Assembly (NCBI GenBank): GCA_963707985.1
Contig: CAVPRW010000006.1
Span: 58,436-122,435 of the forward strand
DNA from: an uncultured Nitrospinota bacterium
GTDB lineage: Bacteria; Tectomicrobia; Entotheonellia; J063; CAVPRW01
DNA: 64,000 nt
Direction of reading: 5' to 3'
This document shows positions 34,955 to 45,564 of the stretch, piece after piece. The notes beneath the pieces were generated by a model. That model was not told the DNA's origin and did no database searches. It worked only from the letters and a program-made list of their open reading frames with translations. Each line of letters starts with the position of its first letter. Position 1 is the first letter of the stretch. The position numbers and the translations under genes were made by a program.

Positions 34955-35010
34955 CATCCTCCCCCCGCGGGCGCGCGCTGGGTACAGCGCGCTTGCCCGG
35001 GGGGAGGATG
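34955..35010 (+). promoter_or_regulatory. Long GC-rich stem-loop between dnaK and dnaJ
   Basis: CATCCTCCCCC..CGGGC-GCGCGCTG-ggta-CAGCGCGC..GCCCG-GGGGGAGGATG; no U-tract. Confidence 0.7.
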
Positions 35011-35158
35011 AGTAGGTATAGCCCAAGCGAGTCCAGGTGGAAGTGCAGTAGCCCGAACCTGGCAGTGGGCAGGTTACCATGTGCCACGGGGTGGTAGCCC
35101 CTGGAAACTAGGGACACCGTGCAACAGTATACCTGGAGTGAAGGGCTGAGGACAGATT

Positions 35159-36289
35159 ATGGCGATCGGATCAACGACAAAGCGCGATTTTTATGAAACA
35201 CTTGGGGTCAAGCGTGCGGCCACGGACAAAGAGATCAAGAAAGCCTATCGGCGACTGGCTCGTGAGCATCACCCCGACCTGAACCCAGGGAATAAGGAGG
35301 CCGAGCGCCGTTTCAAGGAGATCTCGGAAGCCTATCATGTCCTCAGCAATGCCGACCTCCGGAAGAAATATGACCAATTTGGTCATCGTGCCTTTGAGCC
35401 GGGGGCAGGTGCGGGCAGTGGATTTGACGGGACGGACTTCAGCAATTTCAATGTACGCGATTTCGATTTTGGCAAAGGCGGGGGCGGCTTCGGTGACATC
35501 TTTGAGAACCTGTTTGGCCAACGACGCGAGAGTCAGACACGGGCTGCTACGCGCGGCCAGGATCTGCAATATACCATGGAGATCAGCTTCGAAGACGCCG
35601 CACGGGGTGTGACTGCCCCCATCTCCATTACGCGTAGTGACCCATGCCCGGAGTGCGCGGGATACGGTCAACGGCCCTCGTCGCGGCGCCAAACTTGTCC
35701 AGAGTGTGGGGGCAGTGGCCAGCGGCAAGGCGGCAAGGGATTTTTTGGCTTAGGCCAAGCATGTCCCCGTTGTGAAGGGGTGGGAACGACGACCGGCGAG
35801 CCATGCTCGCGCTGTCACGGACGTGGGGTCATGCCGACGACAGAGCGCATTAGTGTAAAGATTCCGCCTGGGGTCGACACTGGTTCGAAGATCCGCGTGG
35901 CCGGTAAGGGAGAGGCCGGACGGAGTGGCGCTCCCGTGGGAGACCTCTATATTTTGACCAAAGTCCGCCCGCATCCCCTCTACGAACGTAAGGGTGACAA
36001 TCTCTATATCGACGTCCCCACCACGGTGACAGAGGCGGCATTAGGCGCATCGATCGAGGTGCAAACCCTTGACGGTCCGGTCATGATGAAAATTCCGCCC
36101 GCCACCCAGAGCGGGCAGACGTTCCGCCTTTCTGGGAAAGGCATGCCTCACCTGAAAGGGGAAGGCCGCGGGGATCAGTTTGTGCGAGTCAAGATTGTCT
36201 TGCCGAAGAATCTGGATGAGCGCTCCCAGCAACTCTTGCGTGACTTCGAACGGTTAAATCCCTATAACCCGCGCATGGAACGTCCATGA
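35159..36289 (+). CDS. dnaJ: Chaperone DnaJ (class A), copy 1
   Basis: HPD, G/F region, four CxxCxGxG motifs, C-terminal domain. Confidence 0.96.
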   Translation: MAIGSTTKRDFYETLGVKRAATDKEIKKAYRRLAREHHPDLNPGNKEAERRFKEISEAYHVLSNADLRKKYDQFGHRAFEPGAGAGSGFDGTDFSNFNVRDFDFGKGGGGFGDIFENLFGQRRESQTRAATRGQDLQYTMEISFEDAARGVTAPISITRSDPCPECAGYGQRPSSRRQTCPECGGSGQRQGGKGFFGLGQACPRCEGVGTTTGEPCSRCHGRGVMPTTERISVKIPPGVDTGSKIRVAGKGEAGRSGAPVGDLYILTKVRPHPLYERKGDNLYIDVPTTVTEAALGASIEVQTLDGPVMMKIPPATQSGQTFRLSGKGMPHLKGEGRGDQFVRVKIVLPKNLDERSQQLLRDFERLNPYNPRMERP

Positions 36290-36299
36290 GGTGAAGAGT

Positions 36300-36746
36300 A
36301 TGGAGAGGCATCAAGGAGTCTGGGACGAGTTTGTCCGTTTCGAGGAGCCGGACAATGACGAGTTGGGCGAATATTTTACCATCAGCATTGTCTCGAGTAT
36401 GTACGGCGTCCACCCGCAAACACTACGTCTTTACGAGCGGGAGGGACTGCTGATCCCCCACCGCTCGGAGGGAAATCGCCGGCTGTACTCTCGTGAAGAT
36501 CTGCGGCGTTTGAAGATTATTCTCAGCTTGACACGCGAGTTGGGCGTGAATTTGGCTGGTGTCGAGATCATTCTCGGGATGCGCGATCGGATGCGTGCCT
36601 TGCAGCAGGAAGTGCAGGAGTTTGTCAAGCACCTGCAACGTGAGGTCATGCGGGAGGCCGCACAACAGCAAGAGGGCCGCGACATGCCCATTCCCGTGCG
36701 TATGGTTTCGACCCAATTGGCACGAGTGAAGGAGGCAGCATCATGA
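36300..36746 (+). CDS. hspR: MerR-family heat-shock repressor HspR
   Basis: [45 protein letters not shown]; directly after dnaJ. Confidence 0.9.
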   Translation: MERHQGVWDEFVRFEEPDNDELGEYFTISIVSSMYGVHPQTLRLYEREGLLIPHRSEGNRRLYSREDLRRLKIILSLTRELGVNLAGVEIILGMRDRMRALQQEVQEFVKHLQREVMREAAQQQEGRDMPIPVRMVSTQLARVKEAAS

Positions 36747-37588
36747 CGAACGTGCTGCGAACCACGGTGTTACTGGCGGCGTTAACCGCCCTGTTTCTGG
36801 TGATCGGAGGGGCGATCGGGGGCAATCAGGGGCTGTTCATCGCCTTGGTCTTTGCGCTCGTGATGAACTGCGCCAGCTATTGGTTCTCAGATAAAATTGT
36901 GCTCAGCATGTATGGGGCTCGAGAGGTGAACCTCCACGAGGCCCCCGATCTCTACCGCCTGGTTCAGCGCCTGGCGCAGCATGCCGGCATTCCCATGCCG
37001 CGCGTGTACATCATCCCCAGCGATGCGCCAAACGCCTTTGCGACCGGGCGTAATCCGGAGCATGGCGCCGTCGCGGTGACGGAGGGCATCTTGCGCATGC
37101 TGGACACTGATGAGTTGGCCGGGGTCTTAGCCCATGAGTTGGGCCATATCCGCAATCGTGACACGTTGATCATGACCGTTGCGGCAACCCTGGCTGGAGC
37201 CATTACCATGCTGGCCCACATGGCGCAGTGGGGCGCCATGTTCGGCTTTGGCCGACGAGACGATGAGGACAGCGGCGGCGGTGGCATGCTGAGCCTGTTG
37301 TTTATGGCGATCCTGGCGCCAATTGCCGCGACATTGATCCAGCTGGCCATTTCCCGATCGCGCGAATATTTCGCGGACAGTACGGGGGCAGCCATTGCCG
37401 GATCACCGTCGGGCCTGGCACGAGCCCTGGAGAAGTTGCATTATGCCTCACAACGGCTTCCCATGGAGGCCAATCCGGCAACGGCACATCTCTTCATCGT
37501 TAATCCGCTTACCGGGGGTTCCCTGGTCAATCTTTTTAGCACCCATCCACCGATTGAAGAACGCATTCGTCGCTTGCGCCGCATCTAA
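36743..37588 (+). CDS. htpX: Zinc metalloprotease HtpX
   Basis: PNAFATG, HELGH, ISRSREY-AD, FSTHPP; ATGA overlap with hspR. Confidence 0.96.
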   Translation: MTNVLRTTVLLAALTALFLVIGGAIGGNQGLFIALVFALVMNCASYWFSDKIVLSMYGAREVNLHEAPDLYRLVQRLAQHAGIPMPRVYIIPSDAPNAFATGRNPEHGAVAVTEGILRMLDTDELAGVLAHELGHIRNRDTLIMTVAATLAGAITMLAHMAQWGAMFGFGRRDDEDSGGGGMLSLLFMAILAPIAATLIQLAISRSREYFADSTGAAIAGSPSGLARALEKLHYASQRLPMEANPATAHLFIVNPLTGGSLVNLFSTHPPIEERIRRLRRI

Positions 37589-37607
37589 TCGATGGAGGAA
37601 CGTTTCC

Positions 37608-38264
37608 ATGTCTGACACCAAAGAACCAAGCAAGGCTGATCCTGCAGCAGATGTCGAGGGGGCGACAGCAGAAGGAGGCGATGATCGCCCCCAGTTTCAC
37701 GTCAACGATAAGCGCTTCTGGGTGGCACGCGGCAGTGAGGACAGTGGGCCAGAGACCCAGTCCCCTGTCCCGCCATCCCGGATGCCGACCTATATTGAAC
37801 GACTTGAGGAGCAACTCCAGGAAAAGGATCGTTTGCTACGGTCGCATATCGCCGACTTACGTGGAGAACAGGACGAGCTGCGACGGCGTCTGACCCGCGA
37901 GCTCGAGCAGCGTCTCGAGCTCGCCACCGGAAACCTCCTGGCTGATTTTCTTCCGGTGTTAGATAACCTCGATCGTGCCCTCCAAGCCGCTGCACAGCAG
38001 CCCAAGCTCGACGCCTTGCTCGAGGGTATCAACCTGGTGCGCACGCAATTCCTGACCATCTTGGCGCGCCACGGACTCCAACCCCTCGACCGCCAGGGGC
38101 ACACCTTTGATCCCCGCCTCGATGAAGCAATTACCACGCTTGAGGTCACGGATCCCTGCCAGCACAATCTCGTGTTGCAAGAGTGGGAGAAGGGGTATAC
38201 TTTGCATGACAACGTGTTACGGCCTGCCAAAGTGGCCGTGGGAAAGCTGCTGGCGGAGGATTGA
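37608..38264 (+). CDS. grpE: Nucleotide exchange factor GrpE
   Basis: LPVLDNLDRAL, FDP, KGYTLHDNVLRPAKVAV. Confidence 0.92.
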   Translation: MSDTKEPSKADPAADVEGATAEGGDDRPQFHVNDKRFWVARGSEDSGPETQSPVPPSRMPTYIERLEEQLQEKDRLLRSHIADLRGEQDELRRRLTRELEQRLELATGNLLADFLPVLDNLDRALQAAAQQPKLDALLEGINLVRTQFLTILARHGLQPLDRQGHTFDPRLDEAITTLEVTDPCQHNLVLQEWEKGYTLHDNVLRPAKVAVGKLLAED

Positions 38265-38270
38265 TGAGGC

Positions 38271-39386
38271 ATGACGACACAGGATTATTACGCGGTCTTA
38301 GGGGTGCAGCGCAACGTGACGCCTGAGGACATCAAGAAGGCCTATCGTAAGCTGGCCTTGCAATATCATCCCGATCGGAATCCCGGTGACAAAGCGGCTG
38401 AGGAGAAATTCAAAGAGGCATCCGAAGCCTACCAAGTCCTCAGCGACCCAGAGAAACGCCAGCTCTACGATCGTTATGGAATGGAAGGCTTGAAGGGGGC
38501 TGGATATCAGGGGTTTGGCGCCGCGGCGGATATTTTCTCGACGTTCGGCGACCTCTTCGAAGACCTGCTGGGTTTTGGCTCCCGCCGCCGTGGCACCTCA
38601 CGGGTGCAGCAAGGCCACGACCTACGCTATGATGTGTCACTGGCCTTTCTCGATGCCTGCCTCGGCAAAGAACTGGACATTGAGTTCGATCGCCCGGAGC
38701 TGTGCCAGAGTTGCAGTGGCACGGGGGGCAAGGATGGCGCTCGTCCATCGCGCTGCACCACCTGCCAAGGCCGTGGCCAAGTATTACGCACGCAGGGATT
38801 CTTGACTGTGGGCACCACCTGTCCCAAGTGCCGTGGTGAGGGGGTCATGATCACCACGCCCTGCGCTACCTGTCAGGGCGAAGGTCTGGTGATGGCCAAA
38901 CGTCACGTCCATGTCAAAATTCCCGCGGGTGTCGACAATGGCTCGCGATTGCGGCTGCAAGGCGAGGGCGGCGAGGGTATGCACGGTGGGCCGGCAGGCG
39001 ACCTGTACGTCTTCATTCACGTCGAGCCGCATGAATTCTTCCAACGCGAAGACAATAATATCATCTGCGAAATTCCTCTCTCCTTCGTCCAGGTCGCACT
39101 AGGAGCGGATATCGATGTGCCGACGCTGGATGGCAAGCGGACGCTGAGCATTCCCGCAGGCACGCAGTCGGGCGAGGTGTTGATGTTCCGAGGCGAGGGA
39201 ATTCGTAATCTGCGCGGTTACGGACGTGGGGATCAATACGTGCGAGTGGTGGTCCGCACACCATCCAACCTGACCCCTCGGCAGGAGGAGCTCCTGCGCG
39301 AGTTCGAAGCCTCGAGCAACGGCACCCCAGACGAAAAAGCCGAGAAGGGCTTTTTGTGGAATTTCTGGCAGAAGCTATCATCATGA
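38271..39386 (+). CDS. dnaJ: Chaperone DnaJ (class A), copy 2
   Basis: [15 protein letters not shown], four CxxCxGxG motifs. Confidence 0.96.
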   Translation: MTTQDYYAVLGVQRNVTPEDIKKAYRKLALQYHPDRNPGDKAAEEKFKEASEAYQVLSDPEKRQLYDRYGMEGLKGAGYQGFGAAADIFSTFGDLFEDLLGFGSRRRGTSRVQQGHDLRYDVSLAFLDACLGKELDIEFDRPELCQSCSGTGGKDGARPSRCTTCQGRGQVLRTQGFLTVGTTCPKCRGEGVMITTPCATCQGEGLVMAKRHVHVKIPAGVDNGSRLRLQGEGGEGMHGGPAGDLYVFIHVEPHEFFQREDNNIICEIPLSFVQVALGADIDVPTLDGKRTLSIPAGTQSGEVLMFRGEGIRNLRGYGRGDQYVRVVVRTPSNLTPRQEELLREFEASSNGTPDEKAEKGFLWNFWQKLSS

Positions 39387-39654
39387 TCCATGTGTGCTTT
39401 CCCTCCCGCCGAGAGCCTCACCATAGCTGCTCAAAGATGGGCTGCAGTGGCGCTCTCATTCTCCCTCCTCACAGTATCGGAGCCACTGAAAGTGCCCACG
39501 CAACCGGGACGGAATTGACTTCATGATTGTGGATGATACAATAGCCGCCGACATCCGAGGCGAGCGGGAAAGAGAGGGATGGGGGGATCTTCTCGCCTGG
39601 CTGCAATGACCCCGGCGCGCTCGAACCCCTGATGAATTGAGAGAGGAGTCAGCG

Positions 39655-40071
39655 ATGGAAGAAGAAGAACAGGGCGAACGATCCTTTACCGTCAGTGATA
39701 GACGATTTTCCGCTCGCCATGAATCCGAGGATCGCCCTAGCGAACGTCCCCAAGCAGCCGCCCCCTCGGCTGAGCGGCCAACCCAGACACCGCCACCGGC
39801 GAGCGAGCCGCACTCGACTGAAGCTGAAGGGATGAACTTTGCTTCGTTTCTTATCTCCTTGGGCACCCAGGCCTTTATGCATCTGGGCGACATCCCAAAT
39901 CCGCTGACGCAACAACGCGAGAAAGATCTTCCCGCCGCAAAGCAGATGATTGATCTGCTCGGCATCCTCCAGACGAAAACGCAGAGCAATCTATCCGCTG
40001 ACGAAGAGCGCCTGCTGCAGCAATTGCTCCTCGATCTGCGCCTGCGTTACGTGCGCGAGACTGGTCGATGA
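39655..40071 (+). CDS. DUF1844 family protein
   Basis: FLISLGTQAFMHLG.IPNP, AKQMIDLL..LQ.KT..NL...E, LRLRYV. Confidence 0.88.
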   Translation: MEEEEQGERSFTVSDRRFSARHESEDRPSERPQAAAPSAERPTQTPPPASEPHSTEAEGMNFASFLISLGTQAFMHLGDIPNPLTQQREKDLPAAKQMIDLLGILQTKTQSNLSADEERLLQQLLLDLRLRYVRETGR

Positions 40072-40693
40072 GCAAGGATCATTATACCTTACTGGGGCTG
40101 CAGCGCGATGCTTCGCTTGACGAGATCAAGAGGGCGTACCGGCAACTGGCCATGCGCCATCATCCCGATCGCACGCAGAACAATCCCCAGGATACGGAAA
40201 TCTTCAAAGCCGTCGCCGTCGCTTTCGCAACCCTCAGCAACCCAGAGAAACGGGCCGAATACGATCGCCTCTTGGCGACGACAGACCGGCGAGCTAGCCA
40301 AGCCACGGGCACGGGGGACACGGACAACGACCTCGGATCGCAGGCGGCGAGACCACCCCTTTCGGGGATATCCTTGGAGAGTTTTTCCAGGGATGGGATA
40401 AATGGCCGCTCGAACGGGACGACCGGGTACTAGAAATTACGCTGACCAGCCAGGAGGCCCAGACCGGCGTCACCGTGCCGGTCAACATCCCCTGGAAGGA
40501 CCAGTGCCCCAGCTGCCAGGGGTCCGGGTTGGCGCCGTTCTCGATTTGCTCGGGGTGTCGGGGCTCAGGGTATACGCATGGTTCCCGCCGCCTCACCCTC
40601 AACATTCCGTCCGGCGTCGCCTCAGGCACCACACAACGCCTCTGTCTCGCCAACAACCACCTCAGCATCGTCGTCCGCGTGAAAGTCCGCTAA
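40068..40693 (+). CDS. Short J-domain protein with two CxxCxGxG motifs (frameshift near 40300)
   Basis: HPD; shifted frame continues FGDILGEFF...CPSCQGSG...CSGCRGSG...LNIPSG. Confidence 0.8.
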
Positions 40694-40723
40694 CACCTCC
40701 CCTCTCCATCATGTCATTGTGCG

Positions 40724-41263
40724 TCAGCCAGCGACTCCACGGGTCTCAGTCTGTGTCGCGACCGCTGCCGATTCCGGAACAGCGCAATCGGCCGGATCAC
40801 CCTTGAGCTTCTCTACGGCATGGGGAATGGCTTTGAGGATGGCCTCCAGATTCTCCCGCACGCCTTTGGGGCTGCCGGGCAGGTTGATGATCAAGGTTTT
40901 GCCTCGACAACCGACCACCGCGCGTGAGATCATGGCCAATGGCGTCTTTTGCAGCCCTGCCAGCCGCATGGCCTCGCCCATCCCCGGAATTTCCTTGTCG
41001 ATGACAGCGCGCGTGGCGTCTGGGGTGACATCCCGAGGACCGACTCCTGTCCCCCCGGTGGTAGCAATCACATCTACACCCATGTGGTCCGAGTAGTAGA
41101 TGAGCTGCTCCTCGATCAATATTCTGTCATCGGGCAGGATGGCATAGGCCTCAACCTTGCCGGAGATACTGGCCAACATTTCGGCGAGAATCTTCCCGCT
41201 CAAATCCTCCCGTTCCCCGCGTGATCCCTTATCGCTCAGCGTGAGCACAGCGGCTGTAAACAC
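40724..41263 (-). CDS. mog: Molybdopterin adenylyltransferase MogA/MoaB family
   Basis: LTLSDKG, TTGGTGVGPRDVTPDAT, INLPGSPKG. Confidence 0.92.
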   Translation of the reverse strand: MFTAAVLTLSDKGSRGEREDLSGKILAEMLASISGKVEAYAILPDDRILIEEQLIYYSDHMGVDVIATTGGTGVGPRDVTPDATRAVIDKEIPGMGEAMRLAGLQKTPLAMISRAVVGCRGKTLIINLPGSPKGVRENLEAILKAIPHAVEKLKGDPADCAVPESAAVATQTETRGVAG

Positions 41264-41325
41264 GGCATTGACCTCCTTTTAGGCCTTCGGTGGGCGTTGG
41301 ACATGGAACACGATCGCGGGCTCGA

Positions 41326-41739
41326 TCAGAACAATCGTCGGTATTCAATCGCCGGACAACGGTCCATCACCACCGTGAGCCCAGCGGCCTGCGCGGCGGA
41401 CGCTGCCCGCTCGTCGATCACGCCGAGTTGCATCCAGACGATCCTGGCTCCCACCTCAATAGCCTCGTCGACAATCGGCGCCACCTCCTCCGAACGGCGG
41501 AAGATGTCCACCATATCTACCTGTTCGGGGATGTCGCGCAGACTGGCGTAGCAGGTCTCGCCAAGAATGGATCGCTGTCCTGGATTGACGGGAATCACCC
41601 GGTGCCCTCGCGATTGCAACAGCTTGGCGATGCGATGACTATCGCGCTCGGGGTTCGGCGAACAGCCGACTACGGCCACGGTCTGCGATGTCGCCAGCAG
41701 CGCTCTAATAGCATCGTCTGGGGGATTTTGGAACGCCAT
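41326..41739 (-). CDS. CoA-binding protein (YccU-like)
   Basis: VAVVGCS, IPVNP, VDMVDIFR, VWMQLG, VMDRC. Confidence 0.93.
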   Translation of the reverse strand: MAFQNPPDDAIRALLATSQTVAVVGCSPNPERDSHRIAKLLQSRGHRVIPVNPGQRSILGETCYASLRDIPEQVDMVDIFRRSEEVAPIVDEAIEVGARIVWMQLGVIDERAASAAQAAGLTVVMDRCPAIEYRRLF

Positions 41740-41926
41740 ATCGCCTCCTAAGTAGGTTGGTGTACTTGTTTGGCTGCCACCCTGTGTGCCACCTTAGGGT
41801 GCGCCCGTGTCTTAAAGCAACGGCCGGTCACCCATTAATCGATTGACAACCTGCCAGGCCTCGGCTAGAAGTGTGATCTCAACCCACGCAAGGTACGTGA
41901 CCAATCTCCAGGAGCGGGAGAAAACG

Positions 41927-42289
41927 ATGGATCAGGAGCGAGAAGACGCGGGGCCACAACCCACACGGTCACTGCGCCGATGGTTTCAGCTGGTGTTGCC
42001 GGAGGCTCGCATGCGCGTGGCCACTCGGCGCATGCCGCGAGATTGGTTCGAATTCTTGACCAGAATCCCCGTCGTCGAACGTATTGTCATCAAACGTTTT
42101 GTCGAGAATCTCATGTGCGACCAATGGCTCAAACAACCGCACAGCGATCTCGACGGTCGCGATCCCACATCCGCCGCCACCGAAGTCGAGAGCCGCGCCC
42201 TGCTGGAAGGCTTGCTGACGCGCATGGCACATAATCGTGAGAAAACACCGCGGGAGATACGCTTCATCCGCCGGCGACTCGGTATGTAA
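41927..42289 (+). CDS. Hypothetical protein with MbcA/Xre-C (DUF2384)-like C-terminus
   Basis: WLKQPHSDLDGRDP...IRRRLGM; GGAG RBS; upstream TTGACA at 41843. Confidence 0.55.
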   Translation: MDQEREDAGPQPTRSLRRWFQLVLPEARMRVATRRMPRDWFEFLTRIPVVERIVIKRFVENLMCDQWLKQPHSDLDGRDPTSAATEVESRALLEGLLTRMAHNREKTPREIRFIRRRLGM

Positions 42290-42316
42290 TCATTCAAAGG
42301 CAATGCACCTCTTCGC

Positions 42317-43361
42317 CTATCCTCCCCTGGTGTGCATCTCAAGGTGGGGGTCTTCCCGAAGCCCTTCAATCTGGACCAATACCCCACGAAACCTGAGCTC
42401 GTGGCGCTGCTCGGCACCTCGATCATACCGACGCTGCCACGCTGACGCGATCAGAGCGCGGATGTCGTCACGCGAGGCCCCAGCACGTAAGGGGCTTCGC
42501 AGGTCAATACCCTTCTGCGCGTACAGGCAGAGATACCACATGCCATCAGCCGTCAGTCGACTCCGGTCGCAACTCCGACAGAACGGCGTGGTGGTTGAGG
42601 CAATGATGCCGAACACCGTGCCATCGGGAAGCCGAAAGCGTTCCGCTGGTGCGGAGCTGAGCTCGCGAATGGGCGAGATGGGTCCATAATGGTGCTCCAG
42701 ATGCGCCAGGATTTCGGCACGCGACACAACTTTGTCCATAGACCATTGAGTCGCCCCGCCCACGTCCATGTATTCGATGAATCGGACCTCGGCCTCAACC
42801 CGCTTGCCATACTCGATCAAATCTACAATCTCATCCTCATTGGTGCCACGGATGACTACCGTATCGAGCTTCAAGCCAGTGAAACCAGCCTGCGCAGCCG
42901 ATCGAATGCCCTGCAGAACTTTGCCATGAGTATCGCGTCGAGTCAAGCGCTTGAAGCGTTCGGGCCGCAGGGTATCGAGGCTGACTGGTGACGCGATACA
43001 GGCCGGCATCGTATAGTGCCTGGGCGTGTTCAGCCAGGAGAACACCATTGGTCGTCATGGCTATGTCGTGAAGGCGACGGTTATCCGCCAGCATCGACAC
43101 CAGGGTTGGTAGATCTTTACGGAGCAAGGGCTCACCCCCGGTGAGTCGAACCTTGTCGACGCCGAGCTCGGAAAACATCTCCACCAGCTCGCGAATTTCT
43201 TCGAAGGTGAGGAGGTCTTCGCGTGGAAGCCAGACATACTCCTCCTCTGGCATGCAATATTGGCAGCGCAGGTTACAGCGATCTGTGACGGATAGCCTCA
43301 GATTGCGGAGGGGTCTGCCGAAGGTGTCGGCGATGGGGTTCCGGCCAGCAGTGTCGACCAT
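42317..43361 (-). CDS. moaA: GTP 3',8-cyclase MoaA (frameshift near 42990)
   Basis: [40 protein letters not shown]...CL, C-terminal GG. Confidence 0.95.
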
Positions 43362-43650
43362 AGGTTTCTCGATCCTTCAAACGCTTCCCTCGGCCACAAC
43401 TGACGTCGCGTGAGGGCAAAGACGTAGATTGGAACAACCGCCCAGTCGATAGACAAAGTACACATCCCTATTCCCCTCATAATATATCCATCTGTCATAG
43501 AGGTGTAAAGCAGGCTGAAACCAGAGGTCCGACAAGAGCCATATCCCTCTGGAGGCTGGCTTGTCTCACACGCCTGTGTATGTTAGATTTGCGCTGCGGC
43601 CTATTTCGATTCACCTCTCATCCCTGGTTATCCGTGCTGGAGATGCTCTG

Positions 43651-44994
43651 ATGATTGCCAAGCCGGGACGTTGGTTTGCCCTTCTACTGCTCGCGTTGAG
43701 TGTGTCTATTCATGAGTGTCCACTGAATGCCGCCACCGACGCCGTCATGAAAAAAGTCGCCATCGTCCCTTTTGGGCTCCCGGTGACGGCCCCGGATCGT
43801 GACTGGCTCGGCGACGGACTCCCATACGTCGTGGCGTTACGCCTACAGCATCTGTCACACCTAAAGGTGACGGTTCTGCCGCGCTCCGCCTTCTCCGACG
43901 CTGAGGGAATGCTGAATGGACTCGATAACAGCGAGGTGAGCAAACTGCTCGAACACTTGCGGCCATTGGGCTACGATGCTCTCGTATACGGTCATTTCAT
44001 GCAAGTGGAGCCAACCTTGCGAGCCGAGATCCAGGTTTGGGCGACGCAGCCAGAACGCTTCATAGCGAAGGCTCAAGAACAGGCGGCAGAGCGGGACCCA
44101 GATAGCCTGGGGATCAAACTTGCGAGCGCCGTGGTCACAGCGCTACAAGTCCCTCCGTCCGATGCGGAGGGGCGGCGCTTTAACGATCGGTACACCGCCT
44201 CAGCGGAAGCTTTTGAGCGTTTTGCCCGGGCGTTATCACTGGCCGAGATGGCGAATGACGACGAGGATGTGACTCAGGCAGTGCTACTCCTCAAGGAGGC
44301 GGTGAAGCTGGATGGGAAATTCGCCATGGCCTGGCGTCAACAGGGAGAGCTCCTGTTTCGCCAGAAGCAATATGCCGAGGCAATTGAAGCCTATCAAGCG
44401 TTCCTTAGCGTTGGTAGGCGCAATGCGGTTATCTATCGCCGTCTCGGCAACGCCTATTTCGCCCAGCATGAGGCCACACGTGCCCTGGATGCTTATAAAC
44501 GGGGCCTACAGCTCGATGGGGGCGATTATCAACTGCATCTTGACCTTGGATTAGCTTATGCTGCACTGCAGGATTATGCTAATGCCACCAAGACGCTGCT
44601 GCGCGCCCTGGAGGTTAAACCTGATGACCCCTTGGCATTCGAGAATCTAGGCGTGGTCTACCTTCTGGTTGGCAATTTCCCGGCGGCTACAGCCTCGTTG
44701 CGGCGGGCGCAGATGCTACAGAATTCGGATCCTGTCCTCAACTATAACCTGGGGCTGTCGTTGATGTTCGAACAGGCCACGGATCAGGCACGCGAACAGT
44801 TTGAGCGTGCCCTACAGCTCAAGCCCGACTTCGTGGCCGCAGCCTATCAGTTGGCACTTCTCTCCGACCGCTCCGATCTCCCCAAAGCTCTCGAACGCTG
44901 GCGCAATTACCTGGCGTTAGCGCGGGAAATGCCCGCGGAACACGAATGGGTGGCTCGCGCTGAAGAACACCTTCAACGTCTGCAGCGGCCGTAA
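43651..44994 (+). CDS. Secreted tetratricopeptide-repeat protein with TolB_N-like N-terminal domain
   Basis: Signal peptide; VAIVPF...DWLGDG; about 6-7 TPR repeats. Confidence 0.82.
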   Translation: MIAKPGRWFALLLLALSVSIHECPLNAATDAVMKKVAIVPFGLPVTAPDRDWLGDGLPYVVALRLQHLSHLKVTVLPRSAFSDAEGMLNGLDNSEVSKLLEHLRPLGYDALVYGHFMQVEPTLRAEIQVWATQPERFIAKAQEQAAERDPDSLGIKLASAVVTALQVPPSDAEGRRFNDRYTASAEAFERFARALSLAEMANDDEDVTQAVLLLKEAVKLDGKFAMAWRQQGELLFRQKQYAEAIEAYQAFLSVGRRNAVIYRRLGNAYFAQHEATRALDAYKRGLQLDGGDYQLHLDLGLAYAALQDYANATKTLLRALEVKPDDPLAFENLGVVYLLVGNFPAATASLRRAQMLQNSDPVLNYNLGLSLMFEQATDQAREQFERALQLKPDFVAAAYQLALLSDRSDLPKALERWRNYLALAREMPAEHEWVARAEEHLQRLQRP

Positions 44995-45564
44995 GTGCCG
45001 CCGTAGCGGCAAAGATCAGAGCAACCGTCGCCATGCGGGGTTTGGCAGATACCACGCACGGGAACGGGGGGATTCCCTGCCCACACGTGGCGACGGCGCC
45101 CGGAACGCCGCGAACATGCTTATGCAGCTAGCGGCGATGGTACACAAGAGCCAATAGGCATTCAGTATGCGTCCTACTGTTTTCAAGTCTAACCAACCTA
45201 ATCCAAAATCTTCTACTGAGCAAGAGTCATGCCTGTACCGCACCATGTCGCTCAGAATTGCAGATCCCCTGGATGTGGTGAGAGCATGCTAGGTTCAGAG
45301 GCACCTCAGACAAGCGTGCAACCTTGACCATCAAATCCTTGTCGTTTCCGCTAGAATCATTATCAACACTTTGAAAGGCATAAGATTCTCGCTCTTGTAT
45401 AGGACTGAACACGGTGGGTGAATCCGCACACCATGAACAGTCCTTCCGGCAGGCGTTTGGTACTTCCATCGGGGACGGAGATGTGGTACAGATGTGGTAC
45501 AACGAGTCTTAGATAGGGGAAATCGTTCTTCTATTGTGGGTAGAAAGAGGGGTAAATACTCGAC

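Noticed and set aside
33134..35080. Long antisense ORFs opposite dnaK, DUF1800 and transposases
   Set aside because: Shadow ORFs expected from high-GC codon bias; no protein motifs
43362..43650. Moco riboswitch upstream of moaA
   Set aside because: No recognisable conserved structure by eye; an Rfam scan would be needed
45401..45502. Hairpin AGGACTG..CAGTCCT and AGATGTGGTAC x2 upstream of the rhodanese gene
   Set aside because: Short and imperfect; cannot be distinguished from chance
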